Shown in pieces: positions 42,852-50,198 of a stretch of 50,198 nt of DNA. Location of the stretch: the sequence record DRR723986_2405; one strand, 5' to 3'. Below the pieces are notes generated by a model. It made no database searches. It was given only the letters and a program-made list of their open reading frames with translations, and was not told the DNA's origin. Position numbers and translations under genes: made by a program. Positions within the stretch are counted from its first letter, which is position 1. Each line of letters begins with the position of its first letter.

Positions 42852-43994
42852 ATGTCGGCGCCACTACTGGAAAGACCCCTACTGGTATCGCCCACTCTGG
42901 CAGCAACCATTGGCCTGGAGTGCGCCCTGCTATACCAGTTGCTCGCCGACTGGCAGCCCCTGCTGGAAGTCCGCCCACGCCAGGGTCAAGACTGGTTGCT
43001 TATTGACCGCCAGCGGCTCGAAGAACAACTGCCGTTCTGGCAAAGCGCCGATATTGACCGCCTGCTTCAACAACTCCACGACCAGGGACTCATTATTATC
43101 GGCGGCGCGCTGATCAGCAATGCCCGCAACATTCGCTTTGCCATGCCCGCTCAGCAAACAGGCGCGCCCCAAAACGCCCCAGCTCGGCCGGCATCGACAC
43201 GGCCCGAACCGGCAGTGCGCAGCAGCGCCCCCACCCAAGCCGTTCCCGGACGCCAGCTTATTAGTGCCGATTGGCGCCCCGACCCCGCCGCCGTGGAATA
43301 CCTCACCCGCTTCAACCGGGTGAGCAACCACTTTATCGAAGCGTGTATACCCGAGTTCATCGCCCACTACCGCGAAAGCGGCGAAGCAAGAAGCTCCTGG
43401 AGCAGCACATTTAGCCAGTACGTCAGCCGCCGCTGGAAAAAACAGCAATACGCTGAAATAGAGCAAGCCCGGCACCAAGTCATCGACAATCACTGGCGCC
43501 CCAGCCGAGACGCTCTCGACATCCTGCTGCGCGACGGCATCAGTGAGCACTTCATTGAAGACGCCATTCCCGAGTTCATTCTTTACTGGCGCGAGCGCGG
43601 CACGCAAGATAGCAACTGGAACTCTCGATTCCTACAACATATTCGATTGCAGTGGGCGCGATACACGAATGCCGTCAGCCACGAACAAGCCCATGTGCCG
43701 ATTCGCAACGACTGGCAACCCAGCCCGGAAGTCTTTGAAATTTTGCGCATGGCGAGGATCGATGCCGACTTTGCCCGCGAGCAAATACCCGAGTTTATAC
43801 TGTTCTGGCGTGACAGCGGCCAGACCCAACGCTCCTGGAATACAAAGTTTCTACAGCATGTAAAATATCGCTGGGCACACAGTCACCAACTGGACAAATA
43901 CGATGCACGACAGCAAAAAGCTTCTGGATCAAGCCAAGCGGCAACTGGCTTCATCGACAAACACACCGACCGAAGCTGGGCCGACGGCCTCTAA
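42852..43994 (+). CDS. Phage-replication-initiator-like protein: N-terminal wHTH plus three tandem DnaT-like repeats (DopC-like)
   Basis: N-terminus ERPLLVSPTLAATIGL...LPFW...LHDQGLI resembles phage initiator wHTH domains. A Pro/Ala linker precedes three ~73-aa repeats WxP...IPEFIxx[YW]R...W...F.Q.[VI]...W. Confidence 0.78.
   Translation: MSAPLLERPLLVSPTLAATIGLECALLYQLLADWQPLLEVRPRQGQDWLLIDRQRLEEQLPFWQSADIDRLLQQLHDQGLIIIGGALISNARNIRFAMPAQQTGAPQNAPARPASTRPEPAVRSSAPTQAVPGRQLISADWRPDPAAVEYLTRFNRVSNHFIEACIPEFIAHYRESGEARSSWSSTFSQYVSRRWKKQQYAEIEQARHQVIDNHWRPSRDALDILLRDGISEHFIEDAIPEFILYWRERGTQDSNWNSRFLQHIRLQWARYTNAVSHEQAHVPIRNDWQPSPEVFEILRMARIDADFAREQIPEFILFWRDSGQTQRSWNTKFLQHVKYRWAHSHQLDKYDARQQKASGSSQAATGFIDKHTDRSWADGL
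43260..43875 (+). repeat. Three diverged intragenic protein repeats
   Basis: The WxP Trp codons at 43272, 43494 and 43713 are spaced 222 and 219 nt apart, and each repeat contains IPEFI. Confidence 0.85.
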
Positions 43995-44571
43995 GCCACT
44001 GCCGGATAAGAGCGCTGTTATCGACGCCATCAACCGCATGTTTGCGGAGTTTGAGCTCGTCTATCACAACCAATACAACAAAGCCTTCGCAAACGCCGAG
44101 AAGCTCTCTTATGCCAAGAAGCTTTGGTTCAGCAACCTTTGCCATATTCCACCAGAGCAAATTACCGCAGCCTGTCATCGCGCTATTCGCGAGTCTGAAT
44201 TCCTGCCGACGATCAAAGGCATTTTGAAATACTGCGAACCCGACGACCAAGCACTGGGCCTGCCAGACCCCCACAGCGCCTATGTAGAGGCTTGCAGAGC
44301 GCCCTCACCCAAAAATGAATACCGCTGGTCCCACCCCGCGGTTTACCACGCTGGACGCAAAAGCGATTGGTATTTTCTGGCAAACAATACCGAGCAGCAG
44401 GCCTTCCCGGTCTACAAGCGCCACTACCAGGCGCTGTGCGAGCAGGTGCGCAGCGGTCACACACTAGAACCCCCGCATCCAGAGGCGCTTCCCGCACCGG
44501 AGGCAAAGCCTCTGGAACCGGAAGAACAGCGCCGTCGTATGCGGGAAATGCGCAGTAAATTGAATATCTAA
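43903..44571 (+). CDS. Lambda replication protein P-like protein (DopE-like putative helicase loader)
   Basis: [17 protein letters not shown]....KYC and GLPD...[15 protein letters not shown]...W and F..YKRHY..LC motifs are characteristic of the phage P family; it directly follows the O/DnaT-like gene. Confidence 0.8.
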   Translation: MHDSKKLLDQAKRQLASSTNTPTEAGPTASKPLPDKSAVIDAINRMFAEFELVYHNQYNKAFANAEKLSYAKKLWFSNLCHIPPEQITAACHRAIRESEFLPTIKGILKYCEPDDQALGLPDPHSAYVEACRAPSPKNEYRWSHPAVYHAGRKSDWYFLANNTEQQAFPVYKRHYQALCEQVRSGHTLEPPHPEALPAPEAKPLEPEEQRRRMREMRSKLNI

Positions 44572-44657
44572 CAACGGCCGTGCAGGCCGCCGTCGCAGCG
44601 GATACAATATCGCCGCACGTGCGCGATCAGCGCCCCACGCCCCTCGGGACAAAAACT

Positions 44658-45407
44658 ATGGCAGACGACAAAACAACCCACTTCGGTTTTAAAACCGTCA
44701 ACCGCGGTGAAAAAGTAAACATGGTAGCCGGCGTATTTCACTCGGTAGCCGGCAAATACGACTTAATGAACGACCTCATGTCCGGGGGCATTCACCGACT
44801 TTGGAAGCGTTTCACCATTGAACTTTCCGGCGTCCGACGCGGCAATAGCGTGCTCGACATCGCAGGCGGCACCGGCGACTTGGCGGCCAAATTCAGCCGT
44901 TTAGTTGGCAGTGAAGGCAAGGTTGTGCTTGCCGACATCAACGACTCAATGCTCCAGGTGGGCCGCGAAAAACTAACCAATCGCGGCATTGTCGGTAATA
45001 TTGAGTATGTGCAGGCCAACGCCGAGTGCCTGCCCTTCCCGGACAATAGCTTCGACTGCATTACCATCGCCTTTGGCCTGCGCAATGTCACCGACAAAGA
45101 CGCCGCGCTGCGCTCTATGCTGCGCGTACTGAAGCCAGGCGGGCGCTTGCTGGTGTTGGAATTCTCCAAGCCGACCAATGAATTAATGAGCAAGGTCTAC
45201 GACCGCTACTCCTTCGACATTCTGCCGCGCATGGGCAAGCTCATCACCAATGACGAAGACAGCTACCGCTATCTCGCCGAGAGCATTCGTATGCACCCGG
45301 ACCAGGAAACCCTTAAGGAAATGATGGCCGAAGCCGGTTTTGCCGAGGTCCGCTACCACAATATGACGGCCGGCGTGGTTGCCGTTCACCGGGGCGTCAA
45401 GCCGTGA
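44658..45407 (+). CDS. ubiE: Ubiquinone/menaquinone C-methyltransferase
   Basis: [39 protein letters not shown] and [10 protein letters not shown] motifs; ATG at 44658. Confidence 0.97.
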   Translation: MADDKTTHFGFKTVNRGEKVNMVAGVFHSVAGKYDLMNDLMSGGIHRLWKRFTIELSGVRRGNSVLDIAGGTGDLAAKFSRLVGSEGKVVLADINDSMLQVGREKLTNRGIVGNIEYVQANAECLPFPDNSFDCITIAFGLRNVTDKDAALRSMLRVLKPGGRLLVLEFSKPTNELMSKVYDRYSFDILPRMGKLITNDEDSYRYLAESIRMHPDQETLKEMMAEAGFAEVRYHNMTAGVVAVHRGVKP

Positions 45408-46030
45408 TCCCCCCCATGATCAGCACTGCAGCCCTCTCAGGGCTGGAGGACGCGGTCAACCGAGCACTGCAGCTCGACCCGAGTAGCGCCGCCAAACTCG
45501 CCGAGCTCGATGGCGAAAGCTTTGCCCTAGAACTGCGCGAGCCCGACTTGAATATCGGGCTCAGCATTAACGGCAAGCGACTAAAACTGGGGCTGCACGC
45601 ACCACAATCACCGAGCACCGCACTGAGAGGGCACTGGCGAGACTTCGCCGCCGTCGCCTCCGCTGACGATCCGGCGGCAGCGTTGATTAACGGCAATATT
45701 CAAGTCAGCGGCGACACCGCCCCCCTGCTGGCATTGCGCAAGCTACTGGCCGAATTGCAACTAGACTGGGAACACCCACTGGCCGAGGCCTTTGGCGACG
45801 TTGCCGCACACCAAATTGGCCGGGGCTTGCGCGCCGGGCATCGCTGGCTGAGCGGGACCGGGAAAAACCTGCGCCGCCAGCTTGAAGACTTTTTACTAGA
45901 AGAGAGTCGACTCTTGCCCCACCCCCTGCAGGCAGAAGCGATGTTCAAAGATATCGACGACCTGAACGCCCGCAGTGAGCGTCTCGAAGCGAAACTTCGT
46001 CGCCTACAGCAGCGCCTGAAAACTCAGTAA
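45404..46030 (+). CDS. ubiJ: Ubiquinone biosynthesis accessory factor (SCP2 domain)
   Basis: Lies between ubiE and ubi[23 protein letters not shown] motifs and a C-terminal coiled coil. Confidence 0.88.
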   Translation: MIPPMISTAALSGLEDAVNRALQLDPSSAAKLAELDGESFALELREPDLNIGLSINGKRLKLGLHAPQSPSTALRGHWRDFAAVASADDPAAALINGNIQVSGDTAPLLALRKLLAELQLDWEHPLAEAFGDVAAHQIGRGLRAGHRWLSGTGKNLRRQLEDFLLEESRLLPHPLQAEAMFKDIDDLNARSERLEAKLRRLQQRLKTQ

Positions 46031-46044
46031 CAAAGGAATACCGA

Positions 46045-47676
46045 ATGGGCCTGCGCCGGTTGCTTGCCATACTCATTATCGTCTGTCGCTATCGCATCGA
46101 CTTGCTGCTTCCCCAGGACAAACTGCCACTGCGATTGCGCCTACTTCTGCGCTGCGGCCCCTGGCGCCTGTGCCCTGCACCGGCGTTGAGCCGAGGGCAG
46201 CGACTGCGCTTAGCCCTTGAGTCGCTGGGGCCGATTTTTATCAAATTCGGCCAACTGCTCTCTACCCGGCGGGACCTGCTGCCCGACGACATCGCCGAAG
46301 AACTCGCATTACTGCAAGACCGCGTACCGCCTTTTCCCAGCGACCAGGCGGTCGCCGTAATTGAAAAAGCGCTGGGCCAAAGCGTCGATGACGTGTTTGC
46401 CTCTTTCGATCGCAACGCGCTGGCCTCGGCCTCCATTGCCCAGGTGCACTGCGCAACGCTGAAGACGGGCGAGCAGGTCGTCGTTAAAGTCGTTCGCCCC
46501 GGCATCGAAACCACGATTGGCAAAGACATCCAGTTAATGCAGAGCATTGCTCGCATTGTCCGCCGCCACCTCCCCGATGGCCGCCGCCTTCGCCCCGAAG
46601 AGGTCGTTGAAGACTATCGTCACACCATCTACGACGAGCTGGACCTACAACGCGAAGGCGCCAATACCTCGCAGCTGCGCCGCAATTTCGCCGCCTCAGA
46701 TATTCTTTATGTGCCCGAGGTCTACTGGGACTATACCCGCCGCAACGTGCTGGTCATTGAGCGCATTCACGGCATCCCCGTTACCGATGTGGAGACCCTG
46801 AACGCACAGGGCACGGATATGAAGAAGCTCGCCGAGCGCGGCGTGGAAATTTTCTTCACCCAGGTTTTTCGCGACAGCTTTTTCCACGCCGACATGCACC
46901 CCGGCAATATTTTCGTTGCCGAAGGCCGCCCTCAGTCGCCGCAGTACATCGCTATTGATTGCGCAATTATCGGCAGCCTCAGCGACTTCGATCAGTACTA
47001 TTTAGCGCGCAACCTACTGGCGATCTTCCAGCGCAACTACCGTGAAGTCGCAGAACTCCATGTTGAGTGCGGCTGGGTGCCTCCGCACACCAAAGTTCAC
47101 GAATTTGAAGCCGCCATCCGCAGCGTCAGCGAACCGATTTTTGAAAAACCGTTGTCAGAAATTTCCTTCGGCCAGTTGCTGGTATACCTGTTTCAAACTG
47201 CTCGCCGCTTCGATATGGAAGTACAACCCTCGCTGGTGCTGTTGCAAAAGACCTTGCTGAATGTAGAGGGCCTGGGGCGCCAGCTGTATCCGCAGCTCGA
47301 CCTATGGGCAACCGCCATGCCTTTTTTGGAGCGCTGGATCCGCGACCGCTATTCGCCCCAGAGTATGCTGAAGCGCGTCGGCCACCGACTGCCCGGCTGG
47401 CTGGAGCAACTTCCGCAATTACCCGAGACGCTGCTTGAGCGCGGCCAACCGCCGCAGCAAGCACAGCACGACGCACTGCGCCTGCAATTACAACAGGCGG
47501 AAAAACAGGCTGAGCAACGCGACAGGCGCGCGCGAAACCAGCGACTGGGTATCGTCGCCCTGCTGGCCGCCGCATTGATCGCCGATCCGGAAATCAGCCT
47601 TGGCTTGCAGTCACTACCCACCGCGAGCCTCGCCTTGCTAGGCGCCGGTTTATATTTCTTAATTCGCTCGCGCTAA
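46045..47676 (+). CDS. ubiB: Ubiquinone biosynthesis kinase-like protein
   Basis: [33 protein letters not shown] and [10 protein letters not shown] motifs. Confidence 0.96.
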   Translation: MGLRRLLAILIIVCRYRIDLLLPQDKLPLRLRLLLRCGPWRLCPAPALSRGQRLRLALESLGPIFIKFGQLLSTRRDLLPDDIAEELALLQDRVPPFPSDQAVAVIEKALGQSVDDVFASFDRNALASASIAQVHCATLKTGEQVVVKVVRPGIETTIGKDIQLMQSIARIVRRHLPDGRRLRPEEVVEDYRHTIYDELDLQREGANTSQLRRNFAASDILYVPEVYWDYTRRNVLVIERIHGIPVTDVETLNAQGTDMKKLAERGVEIFFTQVFRDSFFHADMHPGNIFVAEGRPQSPQYIAIDCAIIGSLSDFDQYYLARNLLAIFQRNYREVAELHVECGWVPPHTKVHEFEAAIRSVSEPIFEKPLSEISFGQLLVYLFQTARRFDMEVQPSLVLLQKTLLNVEGLGRQLYPQLDLWATAMPFLERWIRDRYSPQSMLKRVGHRLPGWLEQLPQLPETLLERGQPPQQAQHDALRLQLQQAEKQAEQRDRRARNQRLGIVALLAAALIADPEISLGLQSLPTASLALLGAGLYFLIRSR

Positions 47677-47710
47677 TGTAAAGTAGGCGCACGCAGAAAA
47701 CGAAGGCAGT

Positions 47711-48118
47711 ATGTTTATGCAGCGGCAAGACAGTAAACAGTGGTTAGACCAGGTCAAATGGAATGACGCTGGCTTGGTCGCTGCCATTGCACAAGACGTG
47801 CACAGCGGTCGCGTGCTGATGATGGCATGGATGAATCGCGAAGCGCTTGAACTGACCGTGAGCGAGCAACGCGCCGTTTATTGGTCGCGCTCGCGCAACG
47901 CTTTGTGGCGCAAGGGTGAGAGTTCCGGCCATACACAAACGCTTCATGACATCGCGCTAGACTGCGACGGCGACGCAATTCTTATGCAGGTTGAACAAAT
48001 AGGCGGCATCGCTTGCCATACAGGGCGCCAGAGCTGCTTCTATCGCAGCCTGAAAGAGGCGCAGTGGCAAACCCAGGAAGCGGTACTAAAGAACCCGGAA
48101 GAGATCTATGACAAATAA
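47711..48118 (+). CDS. hisI: Phosphoribosyl-AMP cyclohydrolase
   Basis: [20 protein letters not shown] and [10 protein letters not shown] motifs. Confidence 0.96.
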   Translation: MFMQRQDSKQWLDQVKWNDAGLVAAIAQDVHSGRVLMMAWMNREALELTVSEQRAVYWSRSRNALWRKGESSGHTQTLHDIALDCDGDAILMQVEQIGGIACHTGRQSCFYRSLKEAQWQTQEAVLKNPEEIYDK

Positions 48119-48470
48119 TTCTGATGCCGCGGATACATCGATACTCAGTGAGTTAGATGCGGTGCTCGCCGAGCGTAAAAGCGCTGACGCCGACAGCTCA
48201 TATGTAGCCAGCCTGTACCACAAGGGGCTCAACAAAATTCTGGAAAAGGTCGGCGAAGAATCCGTGGAAGCGATCATCGCCGCCAAGGATGCCGAGCACA
48301 GTGGCAACCATCAAGACGTAATCTATGAGACCGCAGACCTGTGGTTCCACACGATGGTTATGCTTCAACACCTGGGCATCGACCACAGCGATGTTTTACA
48401 TGAACTTGCGCGGCGCTTTGGGCTTTCCGGCCATGATGAAAAAGCACAGCGCGGCAACAACAAACAATAA
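48108..48470 (+). CDS. hisE: Phosphoribosyl-ATP pyrophosphatase
   Basis: [15 protein letters not shown] and YETADLWFH motifs. Confidence 0.96.
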   Translation: MTNNSDAADTSILSELDAVLAERKSADADSSYVASLYHKGLNKILEKVGEESVEAIIAAKDAEHSGNHQDVIYETADLWFHTMVMLQHLGIDHSDVLHELARRFGLSGHDEKAQRGNNKQ

Positions 48471-48485
48471 GTGAGGTAAGTAGCA

Positions 48486-48725
48486 ATGGGACTTGGTGGT
48501 ATTAGTATCTGGCAACTGTTGATCATTCTGGCAATTGTGGTGCTGTTGTTTGGTACCAAGAAGCTTAAAAATATCGGCAGCGACCTCGGCGGCGCCGTAA
48601 AAGGCTTTAAAGACAGCCTTGATGGCGAAGACGACAAGGCCAAAAACATTGAGCAAAAAGAGGCCGACGGCGAAGCCAACAGTGCTCAAGCCGAGCAAAG
48701 CGAACAAAAAAGCGAGTCAAAATAA
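48486..48725 (+). CDS. tatA: Twin-arginine translocase TatA
   Basis: [30 protein letters not shown]. Confidence 0.96.
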   Translation: MGLGGISIWQLLIILAIVVLLFGTKKLKNIGSDLGGAVKGFKDSLDGEDDKAKNIEQKEADGEANSAQAEQSEQKSESK

Positions 48726-48728
48726 ACC

Positions 48729-49181
48729 ATGTTTGACATCGGCTTTGCCGAACTGCTGCTGATCGCTGTACTCGGTCTGCTGGTATTAGGGCCCGAGCGC
48801 CTGCCAACCGCAGTGAGAACAATCAGCTTATGGCTAGGACGGCTGCGCAGAAGCTTTACCAGCATTCGCCAGGAAATCGAACGAGAGGTCGGCGCCGATG
48901 AAATCCGCCGACAGCTCCACAACGAGTCGATAATGGCTTCGCTGGAAGACAGCAAACAATCCCTGCGAGACGGCCTTGAAAGTGCCGCCGACGACATCCG
49001 CTCTGTTGAGCGCTCGCTAAGCCGCGCCAATGCGAAGCAGGACGCCGAGGACGACACGCCCGAGCCCGCGCTGGACGAGCACCCCATTGCCCCGGAAGTG
49101 ACAGAGGCCGACCCAGAAGCAGCCCCCGACGCCAGTAATAACACCCCCACTAAAGAAAAAGGCAGCGACCCCGCGCCATGA
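48729..49181 (+). CDS. tatB: Twin-arginine translocase TatB
   Basis: [26 protein letters not shown]. Confidence 0.96.
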   Translation: MFDIGFAELLLIAVLGLLVLGPERLPTAVRTISLWLGRLRRSFTSIRQEIEREVGADEIRRQLHNESIMASLEDSKQSLRDGLESAADDIRSVERSLSRANAKQDAEDDTPEPALDEHPIAPEVTEADPEAAPDASNNTPTKEKGSDPAP

Positions 49182-49945
49182 GTATCGACGCTGACCAAGA
49201 TCAAGGCCAACCCCTGATTGCCCACCTCACTGAACTGCGCGACCGCTTACTGCGAATCGTATTGGCAGTGCTGATTTGCGCACTGGGGCTTATGCCCTTT
49301 TCCTCCGAGATCTATGCCTTCGTCTCGCAGCCATTGCAACAGTACCTGCCTGAAGGCAGCGGCATGATCGCCACCGAGGTTGCCTCCACCTTCCTCGCCC
49401 CGTTTAAACTGGTACTTGTGTCGGCGGTCTGCCTGGCCATCCCGGTGATTCTTCACCAGATATGGGCCTTTATCTCCCCCGGCATGTATCGCCACGAAAA
49501 GCGTATTGCCGCGCCGCTGTTGTTTTCCAGCGTGCTGCTCTTCTATCTCGGGCTGGCCTTTGCCTATGTTGTGGTATTCCCACTGGTGTTTGGCTTTTTC
49601 AGCAGTATCACACCGGAGGGCGTGTCCTATACACCCGATATTTCGCGCTTTCTCGACACCGCACTGAAGCTCTTTATGGCCTTCGGCATTGCCTTTGAAA
49701 TCCCCATCGCCACGGTCTTACTGATTAGCGCCGGCGTAACCAGCGCTGAAAAGCTCGCAGCCAAGCGTGCGTACGTGGTGGTGGCCTGTTTTGTCGTGGG
49801 CATGCTGCTAACACCGCCAGATGTTATCTCGCAGATGCTACTGGCGCTGCCAATGTGGCTACTGTTTGAAGTGGGAATATTCTTTGGCCGTTTCATTCAG
49901 TCGCGGCCTGCGGCGAACGAGGAAGACCAGCGCCCGTCTCTATGA
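49178..49945 (+). CDS. tatC: Twin-arginine translocase TatC
   Basis: [22 protein letters not shown] and LTPPDVISQ motifs. Confidence 0.96.
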   Translation: MSIDADQDQGQPLIAHLTELRDRLLRIVLAVLICALGLMPFSSEIYAFVSQPLQQYLPEGSGMIATEVASTFLAPFKLVLVSAVCLAIPVILHQIWAFISPGMYRHEKRIAAPLLFSSVLLFYLGLAFAYVVVFPLVFGFFSSITPEGVSYTPDISRFLDTALKLFMAFGIAFEIPIATVLLISAGVTSAEKLAAKRAYVVVACFVVGMLLTPPDVISQMLLALPMWLLFEVGIFFGRFIQSRPAANEEDQRPSL

Positions 49946-49987
49946 ACGGAGACGGGGCTTGGCCCAGTGTCATCTGATAGGCTGAGC

Positions 49988-50198
49988 TTAGTAACCGGGG
50001 TCGTCGTAATCGCCAAAGGCGAGATTTTCGAAGCGCGTAAATTTACCAATAAAGCTCAATCTCGCGGTTCCGATGGGGCCGTTACGTTGCTTGCCGATGA
50101 TGATTTCCGCAACGCCTTTATCTTGCGTTTCTTCGTTGTAGACCTCATCACGATAGATAAACATGATGACGTCGGCATCCTGCTCGATCGCACCGGAT
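49988..50198 (-). CDS. dnaB: Replicative DNA helicase DnaB (C-terminal end; starts beyond the window)
   Basis: Not in the ORF track. Manual minus-strand translation gives [69 protein letters not shown], with the stop at 49988-49990. Confidence 0.96.
   Translation of the reverse strand, partial: SGAIEQDADVIMFIYRDEVYNEETQDKGVAEIIIGKQRNGPIGTARLSFIGKFTRFENLAFGDYDDPGY

Noticed and set aside
43140-43260. Lambda-type origin (iterons plus AT-rich tract) inside the O-like gene
   Set aside because: The linker region is GC-rich Pro/Ala coding sequence with no iterated repeats or AT-rich segment visible by eye; this is consistent with loss of the phage origin.
42852-44571. Prophage or prophage remnant
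   Set aside because: No integrase, repressor, structural or lysis genes, and no visible att repeats; both ORFs are intact and flanked tightly by housekeeping genes.

Overview
Core chromosomal segment of a Gammaproteobacterium; gene content and order suggest Cellvibrionales or a relative (inference). In order: a truncated acyl-CoA dehydrogenase; the biotin operon bioB-bioF-[bioH-bioC fused]-bioD with a BirA operator overlapping the start of the divergent comF; srkA; a three-gene Mo-hydroxylase (2Fe-2S subunit, Tat-lipoprotein Moco subunit, diheme cytochrome c); yadGH-like ABC genes; a TetR/fadH divergon with two operators; several small enzymes; hemE; gltBD; aroBK; pilMNOPQ; mrcA; radA; ubiEJB; hisIE; tatABC; and the 3' end of dnaB. 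The most notable element is a stand-alone pair of phage-replication-like genes at 42852-44571: a wHTH protein with three tandem DnaT-like repeats and a lambda-P-like protein. No other prophage genes flank it, and it lies 5.4 kb from dnaB. It matches the proposed domesticated DopC/DopE helicase-loading system. No RNA genes, CRISPR arrays or mobile elements were recognised. All family assignments come from motif recognition by eye, not from database searches.
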